DNA of 64,000 nt, taken from positions 5,206,740 through 5,270,739 of the forward strand of contig CM119263.1 of assembly GCA_051294375.1 (NCBI GenBank). Reading direction: 5' to 3'. A program made the position numbers and the translations under genes. The DNA comes from Paraspadella gotoi (lineage: Eukaryota; Animalia; Chaetognatha). Of the stretch, positions 24,582 to 36,600 are shown one piece after another (the first letter of the stretch is position 1; each line of letters starts with the position of its first letter). Below the pieces are notes generated by a model that did no database searches, was not told the origin of the DNA, and saw only the letters and a list, made by a program, of their open reading frames with translations.

Positions 24582-27139
24582 TCAAACCCCTAAGGGATGT
24601 CCCTGCACGACTCCTTGCGCTTGGACCAAGTTATTAGCGATTTCCGAGAGAGCCTGATTGTTGGCCCGGTTGTTGGCGCTGTCCAACTTGGATAGGTTGT
24701 TTAAGATCCTCTCGTAGGCCAAGTCGCACCATAGATTGGCCATGAGCAGCTCGTGCTTGGCCGAGTCGAGTCCCTGCTCCAACGAGTACGTCGTCCGCGA
24801 GAGGACGCAGACGCTGACGTAGACGTCGATGGCGGCATCGGCGAGGCGGTTGAGCGGCATCTGGTGGTCGATCACCTTCATCCCGTATTTGCGGAGGAGA
24901 AATTCGCATCCGACGCCGAAGTTCTCGATGGCCTTGGATGTTTTCTTGGCGGCGGCGGCGAGGCTTGGGTGGGCGTAGTCCTGAACGGGAGGACCTTGAC
25001 TCACGCCGAAGAGACGAAGGGCGCGTTTGGTGCTCTCTTCGGCCACGACGCCAGGATTGGCCAACGGGTTCTGGATTTTTTTGAGGAGTGCCTTCAGATG
25101 AGGTCCGGCGAACTGGAGGCCCGTGAGCGCGACGAAGAGCCGAAGTATATCGTTGGTGCCTTCGAAGATACGGAAGATGCGAAGGTCGCGGAGGCGCTTC
25201 TCGAGGCCGGCCTCTTGCATGAAGCCCATTCCGCCCATGACCTGAATCGCCTCGTCAGTTACTTTCCACGCGTTTTCGGAGGAAAATATTTTGCTGATGG
25301 CGGCTTCTATCTGATAATCCTCCGCGCCAGCGTCCATGTTGCCTGGAGACGGAAAGTCACGTGACTAAAAGTCACATAAAAGTCGCACGGCCGAACAATG
25401 GGTCAATCACTCAATGTTACCAGCGACGGTGTAAGCGACTGACTCAGTGGCGAAGTGAAGAATCGACATGTGAGCGAGTTTCTCTTGAATCGTCCCGAAA
25501 TGATGGATGTGCTTTCCGAATTGCGTCCGTTGAGAAGCGAAATCCGCCGCCTACCCTTTGCAAATCGAAATACTAATTGACGGAAAGAAATGTAGAGAAA
25601 GTAATACAATTTCTGTCTTTGAGGAGTATAGAGTGATTTTTTCATAACATTCTACATTAACTTGGCGCCGATTAAACGATTTTATTTTTAAACGATTTTG
25701 CCAAAAAAAATTTCTAAAACTATCAATTTCATAAGATGCAATTAAAATGAGAACCAGGAAATTATGCAAAATTAACCTGCGCAATGACGTTCCTCATTGT
25801 GCCCGACAACGCAGCTCCCATCCCGAACCGTCCGTTGTTGAGTATGTGCATGGCGACCTTGAATCCTTTGCCCGGCGCGTCGAGCACGTTTTCCACCGGG
25901 ATGGGCACGTTGTCGAAGTAGATCTCCGACGTGTTGGAGCATTTGATGCCCATCTTCTTGTTGGGACTGCCGGTTGTGACGCCCCCGAAGGCACGCTCCA
26001 CCACGAGGGCCGTGACCTTGTCCTCGGTGGTGCCCGTCTTCTCGTCTTTGACGGGCGTCTTGCAGAAGACGGTGAAGACGTCGGCGATGCCCGCGTTGGA
26101 GATCCAGATTTTGCTCCCGTTGAGGATGTAGTGAGTGCCGGCCTCGTTGATCTCCGCGCGCGAGCGAATCGAGGCCGCGTCGGAGCCGCTCGTCGGTTCC
26201 GTCAAAGCAAAGGCTGCTATTTTGCGACCTGTTGGACGATAACCAATTTTTTTTTTAACTTTAGAAGGCGGCATATATGCTTTTTCGACCGCGCCAGTAG
26301 GGAATGCTATCATTTCTGTCACTAATCACCAATTAGGTACTCACAATGGCTTTATTTGTAATTGTGATTTTCCCACGATATAGTTCTTTAATCATACTTA
26401 TTAATGAATTTTTGTTCTTCTACTTTATTGGCTAATAATAAATATGCTAATTACTTATTCTCATTTTACGAATAAATTAGCATAAGTAATTAATATAATG
26501 TATTTACTAATCTTTTAAATATTTCTTACCCGCCGCAAGATCCGGCAAATATTTCTTCTTCTGATCCTCAGTCCCGAACAACAGAATCCCTTTGTACCCG
26601 ATTGACTGATGAGCTCCGATTACGATGGAGAGTCCGAGATCATTTCCGCCCACGATCTCCCCGAGCCGGGCCGTCACCAACGTGCCCAGCCCCAGCCCTT
26701 CGTACTCTGGAGGGACCTGAAGGCCGAAGGCGCCCTGTTTGGCCAGATCCTCCATAACCTCCGGAGGCACCGTCTCCAGTCGGTCGTTGAGCAAAGGGTC
26801 GTTCACTTCCGCCACCCATTTGTGCAGCGGATCGGTCAACGCCGCCAACTCCGCCTTTTGGTCAGAGGTAAGGCGGGCCGGGTAAGGGAAGACTTGGTCG
26901 CTCTTGAATTCGCCCTTGAAAAGGTTAAAGGCGAAACTAGCCGACTGCTTGGGCGACTTGTCGGCCCGGTCGGGCTTTTTCGCCGACGGGCTCGAGGCCG
27001 CGTCGGTCTGTTGGTGGCGAAATGGCTGGGCGCCGAAAGGAGACGAGGCGACGGCGCCGAGGACGCAAACTCCGGGCGCCGAAGGGTTGGTGGCCGAGGA
27101 GGCCGCGGCGCGGAAGAGGAAGTTAAGTCTCGCGCTCAT
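24582..27139 (-). CDS. ACADVL: Very-long-chain acyl-CoA dehydrogenase, mitochondrial, 4 exons
   Basis: [70 protein letters not shown]-terminal extension ending HPLGV. Confidence 0.92.
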
Positions 27140-28684
27140 CCTCACCAACTCCGAAGGCGAGCTTCTTCACAAAGGAGGGAGAAAAAAAATCCCGCGGATC
27201 GGCTTTTTCGGCCGAGGAACGGGGATAAAGGAGAAGGGCCTTTCCCGCGACCGAGAGAAGAATCGCCTTTTGGCCGCCAAATCGTTGAGTTAAGCGCGAA
27301 AAAAGGTCACGAGATTTTGTCTTTTGTTTTCTGAAACGAAGATCAATAAACAGAAAAGGAAAAGACGACGGGAGGCGAATCCAAGCGGAGAAAAAAGGAA
27401 CTAGAAACAAAAGATTTGACGAAATCCAAATCGCAACGAGAAAATAAATGGAGGGAAATGAGAGGAGGAAAACCCGCGGTAATAATTTATGCGGCGGGTC
27501 TTTTATTTTAGGATAGAGTTTAGAGTCTAGACATTAACTAAAAAAGATATCAGATATTTTGCCAGCCTCTTGACTTTCGTAAATTTATGTAAATAATGGT
27601 GAAAAGTGGGTAAATTTTATTTAAAACTTCTTTAACTAATTTTAAAATTGTAGCGGTAAGTGAATAGGCGTATTTTGATTAAATCATTTAAAAATAACTC
27701 ATTAATAGTAATTAATCTATGTAACAATTACCGGGATTTCGCAATTTTAGTTTGAAATTTTAATTACATATATGATAAAAATTGTATTCAAGTTTTAAAC
27801 CGTTAACAATCAATCAAATTTCGAAAACCCGCCTTTCAAGAAGCCCCCGAGACCCGCGTCTTTTCTCACCACAAACAAAACAGCAGTTACCCACTTCTCT
27901 TTAACTTTCACAATTATAATTACTTGAGCAATTGTGCGAACCTGATTCTCCACCTTCAATTGTAAAGTTATGACCAAAAAAGTCGTTATTATATTACAAA
28001 TTTTGTCAAATTGTTAGATGCGAAAATATTTAAAGTACGCGGAAAGGATCTTTGAATTTCAAACCAAAACTATTTATATCACCGTTGTATGAAAAGGCAC
28101 GTACAAACGTAAAGTTAAAGTGAATAATTAGTTATTTTGACTACTACATTTCTTGAAAAAGCAAATTAACTGATATTAACGAACGAATGTGAAACCGAAT
28201 AATGCCGATTATAAACTTTTATAACAAACTTACATAACTCACATGCCGATATTCTTCTATCTAATTTTTGATTATTCAAATGTGATATGTATCACAAGAA
28301 AAACAGTAACCAAACCATTCATAACAAAAAGAAATAATACGACCAAAATTCCCTTAACCTATCTATCTTCTATATCTACAATGTGACGAACTTTAGTTTA
28401 TCACAACTGGACAGCTTGAAAATTAGCGACGGAAAAAAAGAAAAAAATGGATTGGAATTTGGATGAAACAATCCAAAGTAAAAATGAGTAGGAAAAAAAA
28501 TGTCAAAAACAAAAATGCTATGTTAACAAAAAAGATAGAATGTGCCCCCCCCAAAAAAAAAGCCCAAAAGTTTCAAAAGATTGGACCTGGGCAAGAAAAC
28601 ATGGGCGAGTTTTTGACGCATCTCTCTAACTCGCCTTGCCAAACTCTCTCCCCTTTATCTCTTTCTAGTCTCGTTTCCTCTCTC

Positions 28685-28715
<31 letters not shown>

Positions 28716-28728
28716 GATTTTTTTCCTC

Positions 28729-31700
28729 TCATATTTTGGCGGCCTCTCTCTCTAGCATTTCTTCGAGGGAGATTTTTCTTCTCTTAAACTCGACGAGTCT
28801 GTGTTGATGCATCTCGCCCTTCGCGTGGGCATCGATGAGGCCGGAATTCCTGAGGACGATTTCGCAGACGCGACACTTGACCCGATTTTTGTTGACGGGC
28901 GAGTGAAAGTAGATGAATCCCTCGTGTTCGCCGGGGACGGGGAGGCAGCGACACTCCACCACCTTGTGCCCGTTGCGGCCGCAGTGAAAACAGGTCACGT
29001 TGGGAACAGCCGCCGCTGTCAGGCTTTTAAAAGAGAAAAAATGATTAACTCGACCTCTTTCAGTTCTTCTCCTATTATGGCAATGCAAGTCCTCACCCCG
29101 AGACCCCGTTGGAACAGACGGGACGCGGTTGAGAAGCCAGAGGATTTTTTCCTTTGTTCGATCTTTTGGCGGTGATGACGACTTGAATTGGTTCGGCGGA
29201 GATCGGCGGATCTTCGGCCGAATTCGGCGCCGGCTCCAGCTGTTCGTCCTGCTTAGCGCCGACCTCTTCCGCGGCGTTCTCTCCATTTTCGACGGGAGAT
29301 TCCAAATTCTCCGCGTTATGGGTCTCCACCGTCTCCATCGCCTTCTCAGCCTCTTCTTCGACGTCGTCCTCGACGTCGGCGTCGTTGCAGTCTTCACCCG
29401 ACTTCCAACTCGCTCGTCGACTCTGACCGCGCGCCTTCCCCATCCACGCCGGCCTCTCGATGGTCTTGGGGTTCTTTCGATCGCGAATGGGCGAGTGGGC
29501 GTGGCTGGGGGCGTTTTCGGTGGCGTGGCCTGACGCCTTTTCTCCACCATTTCGCTCTTCCATCAGAATGATGTTTCGAGATCTGCGAAGCGGGTCGTCG
29601 TTATTGTCGTTGTTTTCGTCGTTGTTATCGTTGTTATCGTCGTCGTGATCGTTGGCAAAATGGTTCTGGCCGTTGGAGAGATTATTTCTGTGCCCAAAGA
29701 GCTTGGCCTTGAGAACCAACCTCCTGGAAATATTTCTCACGCCCTGCGCCCTCCTCTCCTTGTTGACCTCTCTACGTCTAATCTTGAATCGCAGATCCTG
29801 GAATCGTTCGTCCTTCCATCGATACTGCTTTCGTTTTTCTCCCTGTGGGTGCAGAAAGTGGCAAAGCGTGCCGTAAGGGCATTTGTTGTACTTTTCCCAA
29901 TGATTGCAGACTTTTTGCTTGTAGAAGGACATGAGACTCGTCTCCAGCGGTTTGGCGAATCGTTCCGCGGAGCCGTGCTCTTGCAGCTTCGGGTGGAGAC
30001 CTTTCTCCAGGACGCAAGAGTCGCCCGAGGAGGACTTGGCGATCCTGGCGGGCGACTGCGAGGCGGTCGTCTTCCTGGCGTCGGTGTTGGAAAGGGAGTC
30101 GGTTCCGTCGTCGCGGATCTGTCCTTCCTCCATCTCTGAATGATCAGAGTCTCCAAGTGTGGTTCCGGTGCCAGAGTCGCGCGGGAAGGGCGGCTCTACT
30201 TCCTCCATGTCGTCCGAATAATCGGATCTCATGCGACTTTTCCCGATCGACGACAAATGAAGATCAGCGATAGATTTTTTGGTGAACAGACCTTTGGCTC
30301 CAGCGTAGACGATCTTCCCGTTGGCGCCGACGGTTTTGATCTCCTGCGACAAGACGCGCTTGTCCGAAGCGGCAGTAGCAGTGTCGGGCGCGTCGGCGCT
30401 CTTCGAAGCCTCCGTCACCAAATCGGGAGGTAATTCTCTGGGCCCGAATTCCATTTCTTCGTCGTCCTCGTCCGAGGATCGAGGTTCCGTCTTGATCGGC
30501 GGACTCTGCCCCATCTCCATCTCGCCGCGTTTTTCTTCTTCAGCCAATTTCTCCATCAAAAGATCATTTAGTCGCCCGTCGCTTCCGCTCTGACGATCGC
30601 CTTCCGATCGCAGTCTTTTTTTGCGCGAGCCGAAATCAACGACGACGCCGTCTTCGAGACGCCGCTTTTCGGCGCCGGACGAGCGCGTTGCGCGATCCTC
30701 GCTCGACGCCTCACGCCGCTTATTTCGCTCTTTCCACTGATTAAACTTTTCGCGGTGCCCGATGGGTGGCCCGTGGCTGGGCGATCTCTCGCGAGAGCCT
30801 CGCTTCTCGAGGCGCTCGTAGGAAGAGTCGCGGCGCCCGACGGTGCGCGAGTCTCGGGCGCCGGATCGATCGCGCGTCGAGTCACCGCGTCGCGAAGAGC
30901 GATTCTCCTTGTCTCCGCAAAGACCTTTTCCCTCTTCGTCTTGAATCATGAGGCGCTCGGCGTGCTTGCGGCCCATCACGTGGGCCTCGTACTGGCTGGA
31001 ACTGTTCAGTCGCATTTTGCAAACGTTGCAAAATGGTTTGACGACAGAACCGCCGTTGACATTGAAGGAAGCTGTGGTCGCGCCTTCCAACGGATTGCGA
31101 ACCGGTTTTTGCGATTGCTCTCCATAAATCTTGCCGAGGTAAGTCTTGGCGGTGGCGGTACCGGCGACGTTGGAAGCGTCCTCAAGCGAGGAAGATGGCG
31201 GCGCCGGAAAGGGGAGGATATTCGGGGTTTTTGGAAAAGCGGCGCCGGCAACGAAGGAGTTGATCTTGGCGCCGTTGTCGATCGATGAAGACTCGGCCGG
31301 CGCGGCGCCGACTTGTTGAAGACTTTGCATATTTTTCGTGCTCATGAGATAATAATTGGCGACGGCGGTGGCGAGAGAGGAGGCGATGGTGGCGATGTCG
31401 GCGCTGCTTAGGACCGGCGCCGCGAGAGAAGGCGCCGCTGGGTGAGTCGGCGTCTCGGATGCTTCGGGCTTATCTTCGAGTCGCTCTGGATCCCCGCTGT
31501 GATCGAAGCGTCGGTCGGAGAGGCGGCGTCGGTCATCGGGAGAACGCCGGTCAGTCTGGCGACGGCTGCCAAGAAGTTGGCGCTCGGTGGAGGCGCGCGA
31601 ACGACGCCGCATTGTACGGCGTCGTCCATCGTCCAACGAACTTCGCGCCGGAAAATTCGAATTTAAAGACGTCAACTTATAATGAAAAATAGAATCGCGT

Positions 31701-33076
31701 TTTCGATGATAGTAAACTTACCTTCTTTTATCCTCGTCGTTTCTCTGCCTCACCGAAGACCGCACGCGCTCTCGCGGGCGGAAGTCCTGGGCCCCGGGAG
31801 ATACGCGATCCCACGACCGCGCCTCCTGCCGCGCGCCGAGACGATCCTTAACGCGCGTGCGATCGCTGCACCGGTCCGAGCTGCGGGCGCGCGGCTGCGG
31901 ACGCCGATCGGGAGACAAACTTCTTCTTGTCTCGTGTCTTGCGGGTGAAGGGCGTCCGCGGCCTGGGAGCGAAATTAGGTAAGCTCTCCTCTCTCTCTCT
32001 CCATTTCTAACATCTAATATCTGTAACTGGTACTCAATTTTTTATATTTTGTCTTGCAAGTTGTTGACTAAACGGATTTTAAATGGGAGTGAAATGAAAG
32101 TTTTAACTGACTCACTATGTTCCTGTATAACAAATTGACAATACTTTACATCATATCAACTGGGGTGCTTGCATTGCAGAAGCTTTTTTTTTCAACCTTT
32201 TATCTCTCCTATTTGATATCTTAATTTTAAACTTGTGAAAAAACTTGAGCCGAATGATTTAATTTCTTTTACATATATTTTGATTGCTCAGAACTCCTAT
32301 GTTTATATTTTTCATCATTTCATTTTTTTCATAAAAAATATTTTGTAAAAGTAAGGTCCTCTTGAAAGGTAAGAATTGTTCTTTTTTAAAATTCGACCAC
32401 GGCATTGATAAGCATATAACTAAGAAAGTGAGCAAGCTGGACTATTGGGAGAAGAAGAATAAAAAACGACAGGAATTTTTTTAGCAGGGTGTAAAATCAG
32501 AAGTCGCTATAACTAACGATTTGGCTACAGTATTTGATCTTTTCATTCCACTCCCATTTGAAATCCGTGTATGTCGTTAAATAATCTTAGAATAATTAAA
32601 ATTTTGAAGGATATCGCCTTACGCTAATTTAAAACAAAATCTTTATATAAGTAAGCAAGCAATGTTTCACTAATTAACTTAATAAGCATGGCAATTTTTA
32701 AGGCTGCGTTTTCTTTCCTTCTTCCCCTCCCCAAAATTACAGTACTCCCCCTACCGCGAGCCATTCCATCCCTCGACGAGGAATCGCTCCGCCCGACTCT
32801 CGGGCTTCGAGCCAGAGACTCGTTACTGATTCGCCGCAGCCTTTCTTTGAGGGAAACAGCAGCTGCAGCTGCAGCGGCAGCTGCGGCGTTCGACCCGAAA
32901 CGGGAGGACGACGACAACGACGACGATCCGCGGGCGAAACGAGAAGAGGCTTTTTGGCGCGAGTCAAGGCGGACGACGCGCTCTTCCGCTGGCGGCGACG
33001 AGGAACGCCGATTGAGGCTGCCCCTCAGCTCGGGACGATCGAAGATACTCTTGACGATCTGCTTTGGATGAGGCAT
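28729..33076 (-). CDS. Large low-complexity RS-rich protein with matrin/U1-type C2H2, CCCH, CCHC and a second C2H2 zinc finger; probably RNA-binding
   Basis: CNVCKMRLNSSSQYEAHVMGRKH, CNHWEKYNKCPYGTLCHFLH, CFHCGRNGHKVVEC, CRVCEIVLRNSGLIDAHAKGEMH. Exons approx. 33076-32755, ~31965-31722, 31677-29096, ~29025-28729; linkage of the 5' exons is inferred. Confidence 0.7.
32063..32575. mobile_element. Degenerate MITE-like repeat in an intron, related to 1713-2130
   Basis: Inverted ends ACGGATTTTAAATGGGAGT / ACTCCCATTTGAAATCCGT and shared internal blocks. Confidence 0.55.
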
Positions 33077-33626
33077 GATCGTGACAAGGCCGAATGGAGT
33101 CGAGTAAAGAGGAAACGAGATTTGAGGGATTTTTTTTCTCAGCTGACTAGCTATTTTTTCATTATTTTGTTTTCAATTTAATTTTTGACTGGAGAGATTT
33201 GATATCCGAATTTAAACTGGGAAAACTTTGAAAGTAAGGAACGATAAAAAAAGTACTGGCACGTAGAAATAGCTTGTAAGATTTTGACTAGTTTCAACAC
33301 AGAACTATATAACTAGACAATTTTTTTACCAACTAATTTTACTGATGATTTAATTCTAAACAAATAGAAACATTATTATTCTTAGTTTATCCTATTTTAA
33401 TTAATAAAATCACGACGTAAAGCTTTATGAGAAAGTGAAATCAAAATACTTGTTCTAAACGAAACAAAACTCCGAAAAAAAATTACCGAAGCCAATATTG
33501 TTAAAATACATAATAAATACGAAAAATACGTGAAGAAAGATAATCAAGGTTCGATCTTTTATAATTCATCTATCCCGCCGAAAAGTTTAGAAGACGCTCA
33601 ATGTTCACAAACATCTTCAAGTTCCT

Positions 33627-36600
33627 TCACAGATCTTCGTTGAGCGCCTTGATGAAGTCTTCCAATTTTTCTTGAATGTATCTGACGGACTTGAGTTCCT
33701 CGGCGAGGGTGACTCTCTTCCCCGTCAAGAGTTCCTTCTTTTTGAAATGATCGCCTCCGATTTCCTCCAGCACCTCCTTGATCTCCTTTTCCAGCCTCCT
33801 CGCCTCCACATTCATAATCTGTTGCCGCAATGCGTTGGCCGTCAGCGACAGCATCCGCGAAATCCTCCAGAACAACACTACGTCGTCGCACTGGATGAGG
33901 TTGTCGGCGTCGGAATCTTTGGCGCCACCGCCACCTGCTCGCGACTCTCGTTGCTGTTGATTGTAAATGAAAAAGGCGCGACGAGACTCGTTGGCGTTCT
34001 TGAGGGCGGATTCCAAGAAATGCTTCCGGAAGACGTGATGCCAGGTTTGGATGATGGCGTCGGCGCTGATCTCGAGGCCGCGCGTCTCCAAGTTTTTCCG
34101 AACGGCCGTCAATTCGTCTGGGGAGAGGACGGGGTTGCGTTGACTCCGCTTGACGCCGTTTGCTGCCGTCGGATCCTCGGTGACCTGCAAGAGTTTCTCC
34201 AACTCCTCCTTGGCGGCAGATCGGTGCTTCTGCTCCGGAGTCTTGCGAGCCCAGTAAGCCCACTGCTCGATCGTCGTCGGCCCCGTCAGTTCCCGCAGTT
34301 GATCGTTGATAACGTCGAGTCGTTCGTTCAAAGACTTTTCCATGAAGGCGATGCCCTGATCCCAAGAAGTCTTGTCCGGGACGGAGCGGTCCTCCAAGGC
34401 GTTCATTTGAATCACCCTCAGCGAGTCCCACGCCTTAGGCTCCCACAGATGCTTATTAGCCGAGTCCTGTGTTACGGCGCCTTTGATTCCGTCAAAGATT
34501 TCATCGTGGCCGCTCTTCCCTTTGTCTCGATCCAGCAAATTGGCGAACTCCTCTCGAAGTACATCCCATCCCGTCTCGATGCTCTGTTGGGGAAGTCGTT
34601 CGTCCGCCCACTGCTTGAGTTTGATGTCGACGGTGGTGTTAAATGTGCCAGAGTCGAAGGCCTGCGCCGCTGGCAGGTAAACCTTTTCGAAAGTATAAGT
34701 GGCGACGCGGTCCCAGAGTTTGTCGTAGAGAGCGTCCTCCCACTGTTTGGGAGTCACTTGACCCAGATTGATGACTTCGTCCAGGATTTCTCCCCTGGCC
34801 TTTTCGAACAACTCGGTCCGGTCCAACTCCCTCAATCGGGGGAAGGTGTTCTTCCACTCCGTCTCCAAGTTGAACCTGGTGGCCTTGAAGGCGTCGGCCT
34901 GCTGCTCCACGCTCTCCTTGACCATCTTCCAAAAGCATTCGGAGACTGCGAAGGAAAGGTTCTGCGTGGTCATCTGGTGCGGCTTCAAGACACCATCGTG
35001 GAAGAGGCGGGACTGGCGGAAGAACTGCTCTTCGTAGGCTTTGATCTCGGCGATGCTCTCCTCGGCCTTTCCCTTTCCAGTGACGACAGCGTAGTAGCCG
35101 AGGGCCTTCATGGGGAAGAGCTTACCGTCGAGGATGGCTTTGATGCGGTCGGGGTTGTGGAGGTTGGATTCCGCGAGATCAGTTTTGGTCAGAACGAAGA
35201 TGGTTCGCTTTCCCCGCGGATCCATTTGCGCGACGAGATCGGTGACGTTGCTCCTTTCGGCGTCGATGGAACCGTCTTGGATGCAGAGGATGATGGCGTT
35301 GGGATTTTCCATGTACAATCGAACCAAACTGGAGATTTTCTCCCGCGTGTCCAACGCCATTCCGGAGGTCACCGTTGAAATGATGCCTAAACAAAATAAT
35401 GAACACTTAATTCTTTCCAACGTTTAATTCTTCCATCAAAACATTTTACGGACGTAAAATTAAAGACCGACCGACCTGGCAAATCGACGAGCACCATCCT
35501 TTGCAGACCGGGCCCTCTGACGGCCATGGAGATGACGTTGTTGGAGATGGTCTTTCCGCCAGAGACGCTCGCCCGCATGCGCATCTCGATCTCGCGACGA
35601 AGCGAAGCCAATTCGTTCTCTTTGGTTAAGTCGAACTCTCGGGTCGAATCCTGATGAATAAATAAATAAAACTTTTAAAATTTAGTGAGCAATTTATAAA
35701 AATTTAAACGATTGACCTTCAATTGGGCGACATGATAGGGTCCTTCGCTGAGCGTGACCATGACCGGCGCTCTCGTCATCATCTCTCCCATTCCGCGGGG
35801 GAAGATGCGCGCCTGAGCGATCATTTCGAGGACGCTGGTTTTGCCGGCTGATTGATCGCCGACGACGACCACTCGGGGCAAGTTGTCCTGGAAGGCGAGT
35901 AGAGACAATGACGATCAGACAAAAAACTTTACAACAATAAAATAGTAATATAATTAACGTACCACCTCTCCCACAATACTGGACTTTTCATCCAAAAAAA
36001 AAAACCAATAAAGACTGAATACCAGCAAAATGAATAGAAAAAATATATATGTTGTGGACGAACAACTACAACACGCAACCTCGGTCAAACCGTTGACCTT
36101 ACTCACAACCTTATTTTCGATTTTTTACTCTCCTCTTTACGGTCAAACTTTTGACCTTGTAAATACCATTGTTATAGACTTAGCATCCGAGTTTCTGACT
36201 GTTATCTTGTTGAAGAATAAATTCATTCTTACTCTGAAACTTGTTACGTCCACAAAGTCAGTTTTATACATTACATTTCGAAGCACATATCCAAACAAAA
36301 ATAAAACAAGGAAAAAGAGCGAAAGAGAGAATTAAGGGAAAATAAAAAATAAAAAAAATAAAAAAAGAAGAAATAAATAAAGAATTTATGGTTCCAAGTG
36401 GAACCGGGATTCTTCATGGTTCTTCCCCACCAACAAGTGAGCATCTGCTCTGCAAACGCGACATCTCCGAGAGAAAAACGAAAGAGGAAACCTCCTCTTC
36501 CCCCGCCTTCTCTCCCCCTCCGTACGCTACCTCAGTAGCCGACACGAGACAGAATCACTCGTAACCAAGCAAACCAAGAGGGGGGAATCCCGCGAAGACT

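Noticed and set aside
33672-35378. 568-aa plus-strand ORF, and similar antisense ORFs over ACADVL, CPT2 and NEIL1
   Set aside because: Shadow frames of GC-rich minus-strand coding exons; no recognisable motifs.
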